From contig NIVC01001574.1 in the NCBI GenBank assembly GCA_002269645.1, positions 62,001 through 126,000 of the forward strand: a stretch of 64,000 nt of DNA. Reading direction: 5' to 3'. Shown here piece by piece: positions 24,501 through 35,224 of this stretch. Position 1 is the stretch's first letter, and the number at the start of each line of letters is the position of its first letter. The notes under the pieces were generated by a model. It was not told where the DNA came from. It saw only the letters and a program-made list of their open reading frames with translations, and made no database searches. This DNA is from Macrostomum lignano (lineage: Eukaryota). The position numbers and the translations under genes were made by a program.

Positions 24501-25124
24501 GGGCGATTTCGTGCTGGATTTAGGGGCGATTTTGTGGTAGATTCAAGGGCGATTTGCCGTGTTCTATAAACAATAGTTGCAAATTATCGGAAACAGATAT
24601 TAATAAGGCCGGGATTTCAAACGATAATACAACTGATTGCTGTGTGCGAGTCCGCAACCAACCTCAAAGAAGTCTCTAATGGCTCCGAAGTCGGCGGTGA
24701 ACGGCAGGCCGCGCATTCTGAGCACCGGCTCCCGCAGCGGCGTCACCCGCATCTCCGACTCGCTAGATGGGAACAGCTCGATGTAGCGCCGGCCCATGTT
24801 CTGCCTGTGCAGCCGCAGGCCCGAGTTGGCCGCCTCAACCGACTCGAATTCGGCGTAGCCCTCGCCGGAGGGGCGGCCGGCCTTGTCCCGCGACAGGTGG
24901 ACGCCGGACTCGCCGCCGCGCAGCGGGCAGTCGGCAAAGAAGGCCACGACGTCGGCCGGTGTGGCGTCATAGGGCAGGCCGCGCATCCGCAGCACGCAGG
25001 TGGTGGCGGTCCGGCCACTGCCAGGCTGCTGCACAGCTGAATTGTTCTGCTCGGAGGAAGTCTTGGAGGATTTTGAGTTGGAAGAGGCAGAGCCTTCGCC
25101 AACAGCCACGTTGCCGCTGGACAT
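21542..25124 (-). CDS. HNRNPF/H: hnRNP F/H (GRSF1/glorund)-like RNA-binding protein with quasi-RRMs and a GY/RGG-rich linker, 524 aa; exons 25124..24663, 24310..24079, 23458..23063, 22521..22069, 21573..21542
   Basis: qRRM motifs LRMRGLPY...GRPSGEGYAEF...MGRRYIELF; LRMRGLPF...GKPSGEAYVQF...MGHRYIELF; WVHLRGLPF...GRPNGEADVDF...IGSRYIDLF; and a fourth, degenerate VRLRGLP...KIGERCINVFLR. Exon 3 is Gly/Tyr/Arg-rich. All joins are GT-AG and in phase; 1575 nt total. Confidence 0.9.
21605..22045. repeat. 30-bp minisatellite (CAGTCTCCCCAATTATCCTCATCTCCCACC), hnRNP F/H-like intron 4; G-run-rich on the transcript strand
   Basis: Tandem copies, degenerate toward 22045. Confidence 0.88.
22715..22995. 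repeat. 31-bp minisatellite, hnRNP F/H-like intron 3
   Basis: CCATACTC at 22741 and 22772. Confidence 0.88.
23485..23935. repeat. 16-bp minisatellite (GGGTGACAGTGGCATT), hnRNP F/H-like intron 2
   Basis: Period 16. Confidence 0.9.
24345..24555. repeat. 23-bp minisatellite (GGATTTAGGGGCGATTTCGTGAT), hnRNP F/H-like intron 1
   Basis: Period 23. Confidence 0.88.
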
Positions 25125-25260
25125 GGCTGGTGAGTGTTTGGCTGCGGGCTGTGGGGACCGATATATTACTGCTGGGAATTATAGTTGCCCATTATACTAC
25201 TTACAGACATAACACACAGGAGCAGTAGTCTAACGTAAACATTAATTAGTAATAACAAAC

Positions 25261-25495
25261 CATACACATGGTTAACCCAGCCCAGCCAAGGTTAAGTTGC
25301 AAAAATGCCCACCCAAAATAGATTGATTACTAATTAGATGTCGAGGCATTTAGCCCTAATAATAGAGTCATAGTTACTTCTACTGTTTACACAAAATTAA
25401 ATTATTGCCTGCTTATGTTTTTTATAGGCAAGTCAAATTTTTGGTAAAAAAGTAAGTAGCACTGCCTGTGTAAATCAGTGGGTTGCACATGTATG
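25261..25495. mobile_element. Degenerate MITE, sister copy of 25648..25943
   Basis: Right end GTTGCACATGTATG and left end CATACACATG. Shares internal AAGTTGCAAAAATGCCCACCCAAAA and AGTCATAGTTACT blocks with the neighbouring copy. Confidence 0.5.
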
Positions 25496-25647
25496 CAACA
25501 AATAGAATTGAAAAATATGATATTTATATTAAAATGGCCACAGAGCTCACACGAATAATCATAAGGGTTAATCCATAGGTCTGTTCTGAAATTTCTTTTT
25601 TATCTGAGATTTCTAACTTGTAAAGCACTAAGCAGTTAGAAACAACT

Positions 25648-25943
25648 CATACATGCGCAACAGTCGGCCGAGTCAGCCAATCTGGCCAACCGATTTGGCG
25701 GCCAACCAAGGAAGTTGCAAAAATGCCCACCCAAAAAACACCCAAGTAGTAGTACTAAGTAGCTGACGAGGCATTTTGGCTTAATAAGACAGTCATAGTT
25801 ACTCCTGCTGTTTACTCAAAGTTGCGTTAATTTTGCTTTAGGGTTTTTTACATGTAAGTTGCATTTTTGGCCAAAAACTATGTTGCATTTTTGTTAAAAC
25901 TCAGTCGCATGGCCGACCGAATTTTAGAGGTTGAGCATGTATG
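25648..25943. mobile_element. MITE with 14-bp TIRs and near-perfect 8-bp TSD (hAT/P-type)
   Basis: TIRs CATACATGCGCAAC / GTTGAGCATGTATG; flanks AAACAACT / AAAAAACT. Confidence 0.65.
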
Positions 25944-26949
25944 AAAAAACTGAAGAGTGCATTTAGCATTATAGATACTTAGCATTTTAATTGGCTTCAA
26001 TTAGAAAATCAATTTATTTTCTTTCTTATCTCAAAGAAAAGTATCACTAAAATCAGTGAAATATAAAGTTTCGCAATAAAGTTTATTTGGCCACCAAAAA
26101 TCTCCCAACAAATATTATACTTGGGAGAACAAGCAAAGGGATAATTAGGTACTATTATGTTAACTTGAGCTCATAAAATAGAATCTGTATAACTATCACC
26201 TTGCTTTTTCTTGTCTATCCAAAGTCCAATTTTTGTCACTTGCCAAACCCAGCTTCTTAGTGTTATTGTGAATAGAATGACATCATTTATATATATAGGT
26301 TACTTGGGCTTCATGAGCTTAAGTTGACAGGCCTTTTCCTATTGCTTAAATGTTATTATAAAGTCTAAAACCAAAAATGTAGCTTCTTTCATAGGTGATA
26401 AACCAAGGTTGCCATTGCCACAAGGCAAATCCATTTTTTATTGCTTTGAAGGGAAAAAGGTAGGGTGGGCTATAGGAATAGAAATTCTCTTTATTTTTCT
26501 TATCAATTCTTTTTATCTTAATCTTTATATCTTATTTGCTAAATTATCCAGTTTAGCTTTCTAGGATAGCTTTTGAATAGTAGCCAAAATATAACATTGG
26601 GCCTATTATTAGTGATTATAGTTAATTATAGGGGGCCTAGTCAAAGTAATCATTTAAAAATTGAAAAACGTCAAGATAGTCCTCTGACTCTTCTCTATAC
26701 CCTAAAAATAGAATAAATAATAATAATTTAAAGAAGTTAAAAGTTACCTCTTTTGCATAAGCAAATTTAGAGCTATATATACCTATAGGCTATGGCCACT
26801 TTAGTATATGGCTTTTTATATTGCCAAAATTTTATAACATCTAAATTCTATAACTCCTAAAATCTCTACACTTCTTTATATTTACTTTTAGGTAGGTGGT
26901 AGGCCTAGGGCCTAATAATTAGAATAACAAAATCTAAATATATCCTATA

Positions 26950-27190
26950 TACTAAAAATGAGTTGTCTGTGGGTATGCGATAGATTTCAGAAAAAATGGC
27001 TCAACCGATTTTCTTCAAACTTGCACCATTCGATCAGAAATTCTCCTGGGACGGTACATGCATCTTGGCTAAGAAATTGCTATATATTAAAGGGATTAAA
27101 TATTCGAAAAACATGCTTTTTTGCAAAGGTCAAGCAAAATTTTCGACTTGAAATGCATTGTAAGAATGCTAGAAAAAAACCTGACTGACT
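26950..27190 (+). mobile_element. Possible non-autonomous Helitron/Helentron (DINE-1/HINE-like) fragment
   Basis: TGTCTGTGGGTATG...GCTCAACCGATTTTCTTCAAACTTGCAC resembles the recalled core of such elements; unverified. Confidence 0.3.
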
Positions 27191-27524
27191 GAATTTCAAT
27201 TCTGATAAAGATTGCATCACAACAAGTAGAAAACAGTGCCAAAGAAATGCACACACGACTTGATTTAAATTGCGTAACCAATATTGCTAACTTGATTTGA
27301 GACTGATACTGGCTGACTGAGAAATTGATTATGTCATAACTTTTTACTCTAATTGACTTGCTGTAAGAATTGAATTATAAGGGCCACAATTGATGTACTC
27401 CAATTGAAAAGAGATAGCCCAGATGCGAACAGACTGGAATGCTAATGTAGCGACCTGGGTTCGAATCTTAGTAGTGCAAAATAATTTTTTTATTAAAACA
27501 CCTTGAAAACATGAAACTGCTAAA

Positions 27525-28680
27525 CATAAAAGAAGCACAATGTCAAACATATCAGTGGCACCATGTCGAACATTAAAGAGCCACCATGCCAAACATAAAC
27601 GAGCCACCATGTCAAGCATTAAAAAGCCACCATGTCAAACATATTTGTGACTCCATGTAAAACATATATACGTGACTCCATGTCAAACAATAACGAGCCA
27701 CCATGTCAAACATTAAAGAGCCATTTTGTCGAAAATTAAAGAGCTACCATGTCAAACATAAAAGAGCCAACATGTCGAAAATTAAAGAGCCACCATGTCA
27801 AACGTAAAAGAACCACCATGTCGAACATTTAAGAGCTACAATGTCAAACATTAAAGAGCCACCATGTCAAACATTAAAGAGCCACCATGTCAAACATAAA
27901 GGAGCCACTTTGTCGAACATTAAAGAGCCACCACGTCGAACATTAAAGAGCCACCATGTCGACCATTAAAGAACCACCATGTCAAACATTCAAGAGCCAC
28001 CATGTCCAACATGCAACATTAAAGAGCCACCATGTCCAACATATATGTGACTCCATGTCGAACGTTAAAGAGCTACCATGTCGAACATAAAAGAGCCACC
28101 ATGTAAAACATTAAAGAGCCACCATGTCTAACATTAAAGAGCCACCATGTCGAACGTTAAAGAGCCACCATGTCAAACATTAACGAGTCACCATGTCAAG
28201 CGTATACGTGACTCCATGTCGAACATTAAAAAGCCACCATGTCCAACATTAAAGAGCCACCATGTCTAACATATATGTGACTCCAAGTCGAACATTAAAG
28301 AGCCACCATATTGAACATTAAAGAGCCACCATGTCGAACATAAAAGAGCCACCATGTCAAACATTAACGAGTCACCATGTCAAGCGTATATGTGACTCCA
28401 TGTCAAACATTAAAGAGCCATCATTGCAGACAGTAAAGTGCCACCAGGTCAAACATTAAAGAGCCACCATGTCAAACATTAAAGAGCCATCATGTCGAAC
28501 ATTAAAGACCCACCATGTAAAACATAAAAGAGCCACCATGTCAAACATTAAAGAGCCACCATGTAAAACATAAAAGAGCCACCATGCCAAACATAAAAGA
28601 GCCACCATGTCAAACATAAAAGAGACAATTACAAACGTAAAAAGAAGCGTCATGCCAATCATAAAGAAGCCACCATAAAG
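27525..28680. repeat. Degenerate 23-bp satellite (AAAGAGCCACCATGTCAAACATT)
   Basis: ATGTCAAAC at 27841, 27864, 27887. Confidence 0.88.
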
Positions 28681-29368
28681 CTAAGAAAATTGTTGCACTA
28701 GATACTTATTGTCTGGTGGATGCTTGCTATTTAAGGATAGATACTTGTTATCAATTGGATGCTTGCTATGGGGGGGGGGGTGCTTGCTATCTGGGGGTGC
28801 TTGCTATCTGGGAGGGATGCTTGCATGCTGTCTTGGGATGTTTTCTTTTCGCATTGCTCTTCATTTGAGCAGTTTGTATATTGTCTTTGTGAAGGCTTTA
28901 TTTGGATGTGTTTTTGATCCGTGTAGAGAACAGAGATTCTATCTAGATGTCCCCCATCGGGGGGCGAAGATTGCTAGTAGAACTACTAAATATAAATTGA
29001 ATATAAGTAAAATTTAGCTATTGCCTATTATGAAATTTTGGTGATATGAAAAAAGGATAGATTTTTAAGCCTTATGAAATTTAGGCCTTAAAGAGGCTAT
29101 ATTTTCCAGTTATGAAATTTAGGAGGAGCATGCAGCAAAATGTAGATATTTTAGGCATTAAAAGTTTTTTATCAAATTTTTAGCAAAAGTTGTCAAATAA
29201 TATAATAAAATAAAAACTATATGAATAAGTTTACACTTAGACTTAGAGATATAAAACCATAAATAGATAAAGGATGGTCATACCAATATCTCTAATATAG
29301 AATCTAGCCTTTTTAGTCCTAGGCCTATTTTTAACACTAGAAATATAACAACTAACTCTTTTTTATGA

Positions 29369-29684
29369 CAACAGACAACAACAACAGAGTACGCTGCCAG
29401 TTCACAAAAGCAGCGTCAGATGGCGCGCTTCAAAGCTTGGGCGCAAACAAAAGCCGCACCGCCGGCAGAGTCCGGGGCGCCGGCGTCAGCCAGTAGACAG
29501 TTGACGTAGCGCCGAGTCCTCGCCTGTCCCCGCCGGTAGGGTGCCTGCAACGTAAGTAGCAGCACCTCCTGCATCGGCTCCGGACAGTAGGCCTTGGCGC
29601 GGATGATGTGGCCTGCCAGCTGGAGTCGCCGATGGCGCAGCAGATTGCTAGGACGGGCCAGGCCGGCGCGATGATAGAGCGCCA
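29369..29684 (-). mobile_element. 5'-truncated non-LTR retrotransposon (RTE/L2-like ORF2 C-terminus) with 10-bp TSD
   Basis: Encodes RHRRLQLAGHIIR...PYRRGQARTRRYV. Has a (TTG)n 3' tail. TTTTTTATGA is duplicated at 29359-29368 and 29685-29694. Confidence 0.75.
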
Positions 29685-30252
29685 TTTTTTATGAACACAT
29701 GCCTAGCATTTTCTAACATTATAGACACAGCACAGAAGCCATGCCCATAACTTATATAGGCCTTAATACTCAATACTCTATTAAAAGTAGGCTAGGGCTA
29801 GGCCTATCCTGATTATATTTAAAAAGGAAAGCCAAAAGCCAACATGGTATTTTACTTTTCAATTCAAGATGGCTATAGCCTACAATTTTATTTTACATTT
29901 AATTTTTATATTTACTATAATTAATAATAATTTCAGCTACCCACAATGGCAAGGCCTATCTTAACTTTTGTCTTTTATCATTGATAGGCCCTACTGATAG
30001 GCCTAGGCTAAAGCTAGGCCTAGCCTAAGGAAGGATTATTGAAGCTTCAAGCTGTCTATCAAATTGCTAAATTCCAGTTAACTAGGGCCTATAAGTAATC
30101 TGCAAATTTTTGCAACATCTATGCATACGAGAGGGAAAGTCTCTGAACTTTGTTTAGAGGGTAGATAGTGAGTCAGTGACATTACATTGTGTTTTTTTAT
30201 TTAGATTTTTTGACTGATACTATTCCCCTATTCAAATTCAATTGATGGCATT

Positions 30253-30827
30253 CCATGGTCAGGAAGGTGCAGCGTGTGCGCCGGAATAACATCCATCAAA
30301 ATTTTTGTTGTGCGCCGCGTGCGCCGAGAAAAAAAAATTACTTGTGCGCCATGCGCCGAGAAAAATACACTTGAAAAAGCACCATCAAGTATTAAGTATC
30401 TAAATTGAATCAATACCAATGGAAGTTCAAGCAGTTGAATCATGGCTTCTATTTGCAAAATATAAGCAAAAGGGCGCAACAAAAGCCGCAAAAGGCGCAA
30501 ATTTGTTAAAATTTGCAATCGTTAAAAGCTACGATTAATGAAATTTGAAATAGAAGCAACATTGGAAATACGACTATCGTATCGACTATCGTTTATTCTA
30601 TTGATTGATTGACATTTAATATACGTTTTTTTTATTATTCATTATTATATTGTCACTTACACTGACGTACCTTGTGCGCCATGCGCCGAGCCATGCACCG
30701 ATGCACCGAGCCATGCGCCGATGCGCCGAGCCCATGCGCGCGGCGCAGTGAAGTGTGCGCCGTGCGCCGGCAAATTGCTGATTTGCGCCGGAAAATTCCG
30801 AGGATTCTACCGTCTTCCTGGCTGTGG
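30253..30827. mobile_element. MITE with imperfect 17-bp TIRs, perfect 8-bp TSD and TGCGCCG subterminal repeats (hAT-like)
   Basis: TSD ATGGCATT at 30245-30252 and 30828-30835. The left end CCATGGTCAGGAAGGTG and the reverse complement of the right end CCACAGCCAGGAAGACG match 12/17, and all mismatches are transitions. Confidence 0.65.
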
Positions 30828-32282
30828 ATGGCATTGTGATTTTCAACTCGGCATCCTAAATTTAGACCCAAAATGCAAAATAGCAGTGTGATTCTGACGC
30901 TTAGAAACTATTTTCCACTGTAGAGTGTAGAGCTTAGAAATTTCTTTTGATTTCCAGCTTCAGGAAAAGCTAAAATGATTGAGTTTCATGCAGATCTCGA
31001 GAAGCGCGCGCGCGCGCACGCAGTTCTTGTGAATTTTTTTACATTAAAAAAAATACATAGTTAAACACAGTCTCCCATGTAACTTGCTTTTAAAAAAAAA
31101 ATATAAAATTAACATGCGTTTTGAAATTTTTTAATAAGAAATAATCTAGCCTGGATGGTGCACTTTTATGAAAATAAATAAATACTTTGTTTCTAAGAAA
31201 AGTAATCATCGTTTTTACAACATTGAATTGAATTGTCATTTCCTATTGATCTCATCGCCTGCGGCCTGCCCCGATCCTTAAATTAAAAAATCGGCATTCT
31301 TTCGACCCGCGATGTGATTTTATTCTGTTTTGTTTTATGAACCTCAATAAAAATGAGTGAAAATGTATTTTTAAGTAAATAAGTATTGCAAAGTCAAAGC
31401 ACTTACTTAAGTTTTGAGTTGGCCCTAGGCCTATTAACTCTTGTCTCTTGTTCATGAGTAGGGCCCTATATATTATCTTACAGACAAAATTAACTTTCAT
31501 TTTTTAAAATGTGTCACCGAATAGTCTAAACTTGTCACCGAAACCTCCAAAATTAAATTGTCACCAAAAAAACTCTCACTGAAATGTCTTGTCATTGAAA
31601 TGCCCAGGGACCCTTAAATATTATTTGGGCTCACTTTTGACTTTCTATATTTTTGTGTCCAATTCAAAATTATAATTAAAAACACTGAAAAGCAAGCTGG
31701 TGCACCAAAATGCTGGGCAACAAAAAGCACAGGCACCAAAAATCGTGAATATATTCCCCATGGGCCATGAGCCCATGAGCAATGAGCAGGCACATTGCTA
31801 CTAGGGAAAGAGGAAGAGGGGACATTGGATGGACATGCCAATTCAATGCTTTGTCTCCCCCACCCAGTAAAAGCTATGGGGGGACATGCCAATGTTTTGT
31901 CCCCCCCCCACCTCACCTTGTGACTCATTGTATTAAACAAGAATTTTTCCTTAGGGTACCAAAATATAGTGCCTCCTAAATGACTCATGAGTGCCTGTGG
32001 TGCTAAAATGAGAATATAATATTTAAGTGTAAAATTGTTTAATTAAAAATTTATTATATTCAAATTGGATTAAAGCCTAGAATCTATATTACTAGACTTT
32101 ACTAAATAAAATTCAGAGAAATGAACAAAAAATTATTAATGATATATCAATTATATAAATATATTTTATAAACTTACATAGCTATCAAGCTATGTACTAA
32201 TGGTAGATTTAAGGAGGCATATAGAGTGTGCACCCCCTGTTAAATTATAAGTTTTTTTTATAAGGAAAATACATGTTATTAT

Positions 32283-32691
32283 TAGAGGTCGGACGGAATT
32301 GAAATCTCTAGGCGGGATCGGGATCAGGAATAATTTTTTTCTCAAGATCGGGATTAGGATTGGGATTTGAGAATCAGGATCAGGTCTTTTAGTGTATTGT
32401 CCATGTAAAGTTAAACAAAATTGAGAAAAGATTGTCAAGATCAAGAAGTAAAACACAACGAAATTGATATGAAGTTTTGTAACTAATAAAGTAAATAATG
32501 TAACGAGTACAAGTTAAAGCAAAATACTTTCAAGTAATCACTAATTCTATAAATGTTTAATAAAAAGACCTGTTCTTAAATCTCAAGTTTTTTAGGGTTG
32601 GGATTCAGCCGGATTCTAGTCCTGCAGGAATTCAATTTTCTTCGGGATCCCGAGATTTCATGATCGGGATCGGGATCCCGTCCAACCTCTA
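32283..32691. mobile_element. hAT-type MITE (409 bp) with GGGATC subterminal repeats
   Basis: TIRs TAGAGGTCGGACGGAAT / ATCCCGTCCAACCTCTA; perfect 8-bp TSD GTTATTAT at 32275-32282 and 32692-32699. Confidence 0.8.
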
Positions 32692-32994
32692 GTTATTATA
32701 TACAAAGTGCACTAAGAACATTAATATATATATATATTAGGCCTACCAATTTTGCATAAATATATATAACTTTAGTATTGCACTAGTAGGTTGACCCACT
32801 TTGTGGGTCCCAAACATTTTTTCAAGCAAGCACTTTTCTTGATCTTTGACAACCTGCGAGAAGACAAAAAGATCAGCCAGAGACAGCCCTCTAGAAAACA
32901 GACACCTAAAGCAGAGAAACCCAGTAGAAAGCAGGTAGCAATTTTACCCACTCTATAGTTCTAAACAAAAGCACCATTGGTTGATTGTAACTCT

Positions 32995-34265
32995 TGCCAT
33001 TAGACAGTTTACAATAACACCCATTAGACAGTTACAACAGCACCCATTAGACAGTTTACAATAGCACCTGTTAGACAGTTTACAATAGCACCCGTTAGAT
33101 AGTTCACAACAGCACCCCTTAGACAGTTTACAACAGCACCCATTAGACAGTTACAACAGCACCCCTTAGACAGTTTACAACAGCACCCATTAGACAGTTA
33201 CAACAGCACCCGTTAGACAGTTTACAATAGCACCCATTAGATAGTTACAACAGTACCCATTAGACAGTTTATAACAGCACCCATTAGACAGTTACAACAG
33301 CACCCGTTAGACAGTTACAACAGCACCCATTAGACAGTTTACAACAGCACCTGTTAGACAGTTACAATAGTACCCGTTAGACAGTTTACAACAGCACCCG
33401 TTAGACAGTTTATAACAGCATCCGTTAGAAAGTTACAATAGCACCTATTAGACAGTTTACAACAGCACCCGTTAGACAGTTTACAACAGCACCCGTTAGA
33501 CAGTTTATAACAGCACCCATTAGACAGTTACAACAGCACCCATTAGACAGTTACAACAGCACCCGTTAGACAGTTACAACAGCACCTGTTAGACAGTTAC
33601 AACAGCACCCATTAGACAGTTACAACAGCACCCGTTAGACAGTTACAACAGCACCCATTAGACAGTTTACAACAGCACCTGTTAGACAGTTACAATAGTA
33701 CCCGTTAGACAGTTTACAACAGCACCCGTTAGACAGTTTACAACAGCACCCGTTAGACAGTTACAACAGCACCCGTTAGACAGTTTACAATAGCATCCGT
33801 TAGAAAGTTACAATAGCACCTATTAGACAGTTTACAATAGCACCCGTTAGACAGTTTACAACAGCACTCGTTAGACAGTTTATAACAGCACCCATTAGAC
33901 AGTTACAACAGCACCCATTAGACAGTTACAACAGCACCCGTTAGACAGTTACAACAGCACCTGTTAGACAGTTACAACAGCACCTGTTAGACAGTTACAA
34001 CAGCACCCATTAGACAGTTACAACAGCACCCATTAGACAGTTACAACAGCACCCATAAGACAGTTACAACAGCACCCATAAGACAGTTACAACAGCACCT
34101 GTTAGACAGTTTACAATAGCACCTGTTAGACAGTTACAACAGCACCTGTTAGACAGTTACAACAGCACCCATTAGACAGTTACAACAACACCTGTTAGAC
34201 AGTTACAACAGCACCTGTTAGATAGTTTACAACAGCACCCGTTAGACAGTTTACAATAGCACCCA
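32995..34265. repeat. 23/24-bp satellite (CAGCACCCATTAGACAGTTACAA)
   Basis: Tandem copies. Confidence 0.92.
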
Positions 34266-34679
34266 TATATTGTATAAATATACGATATATTTTGCGTGTA
34301 CAAATTTGAGCCCCCAAACCCAGAGGCCTCGCAATTGATAATTGCATTTGAGCGCAACTCTCTCCCTGCCCCAGCAGTGTACATAGCTATCCATTTTCAA
34401 TTGGCCCCCGGCCTACAATGTTCATATGACATACTATGATACTAACTGAATGCTGTGCTTTTCATTATTACAGTTAAAGCAAACAACTTATATCCCTGAA
34501 CTCAGCGTTGCAAGATCTTTCTAGCAATATAAGTCTCTCCTCTCAAAGTTCAAAAATTGAGCAACAGTTAGCATTTGAAACTTTCTGATTTAAAGCATTG
34601 AACTATTGAGTGTACGTTCACTGCCTGCTAAAAAGGCTCGCAAGTTAATGCATTGAATTTCACTATCTGCCAGTTAGCT

Positions 34680-34900
34680 AGGGTCCAAGTGTACCCACGC
34701 CGCCACTGAGAATGCAACCATCCCCCCACTGGAGGGAAAATACACTGCCAAGATAGCAAAATTTTATGGTGCAATCACTAAAATTCTCTCCCCGACCATT
34801 GCCAAAGCTAAATTTTGATGCCGCCTTGCAGCCAGGGGTATACACACCATTGCACATTGCCAAGTGAGCCAACAAACCCCCATTCCTTTCTGCACACAAA
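34680..34900 (-). mobile_element. Degenerate LINE reverse-transcriptase fragment (RTE/L2-like)
   Basis: Translation GENFSDCTIKFCYLGSVFS resembles the F.YLGS motif of LINE RT domain 7. Confidence 0.4.
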
Positions 34901-35089
34901 TCAGCCTAGTTAAATGAAATACACTAGAGAGATAGGCTAGATTGCTAATGCAACCTCAATCAAGTCAGCCAAATTGGCAGTCAGGAAGCCTTTTTTTCAA
35001 CTGAGCACGGAAATTCCGGGAACAAAAAGCAGTTTTTTGCAAATTAAACATCCTTTGCATTATCAGAAATTTTAGCAAAATCTGCCACA

Positions 35090-35224
35090 TCACCGCCGGA
35101 AAATTTGCAAGCTAACAGTGCAAGTCCTGTGAAGATTGGTCTTGTGGTTCATTCTAAAACGTGAACTTCACAAACAGATAGACAGACAGACAGACAGACA
35201 TAGTCAACTTTAGTTATATAGACT
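35090..35224 (+). mobile_element. Possible Helitron-like 3' end with (CAGA)n microsatellite
   Basis: GAAGATTGGTC...ACAAACAGATAGACAGACAGACAGACAGACA...ACTTTAGTTATATAG pattern; family call from recall only. Confidence 0.3.
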
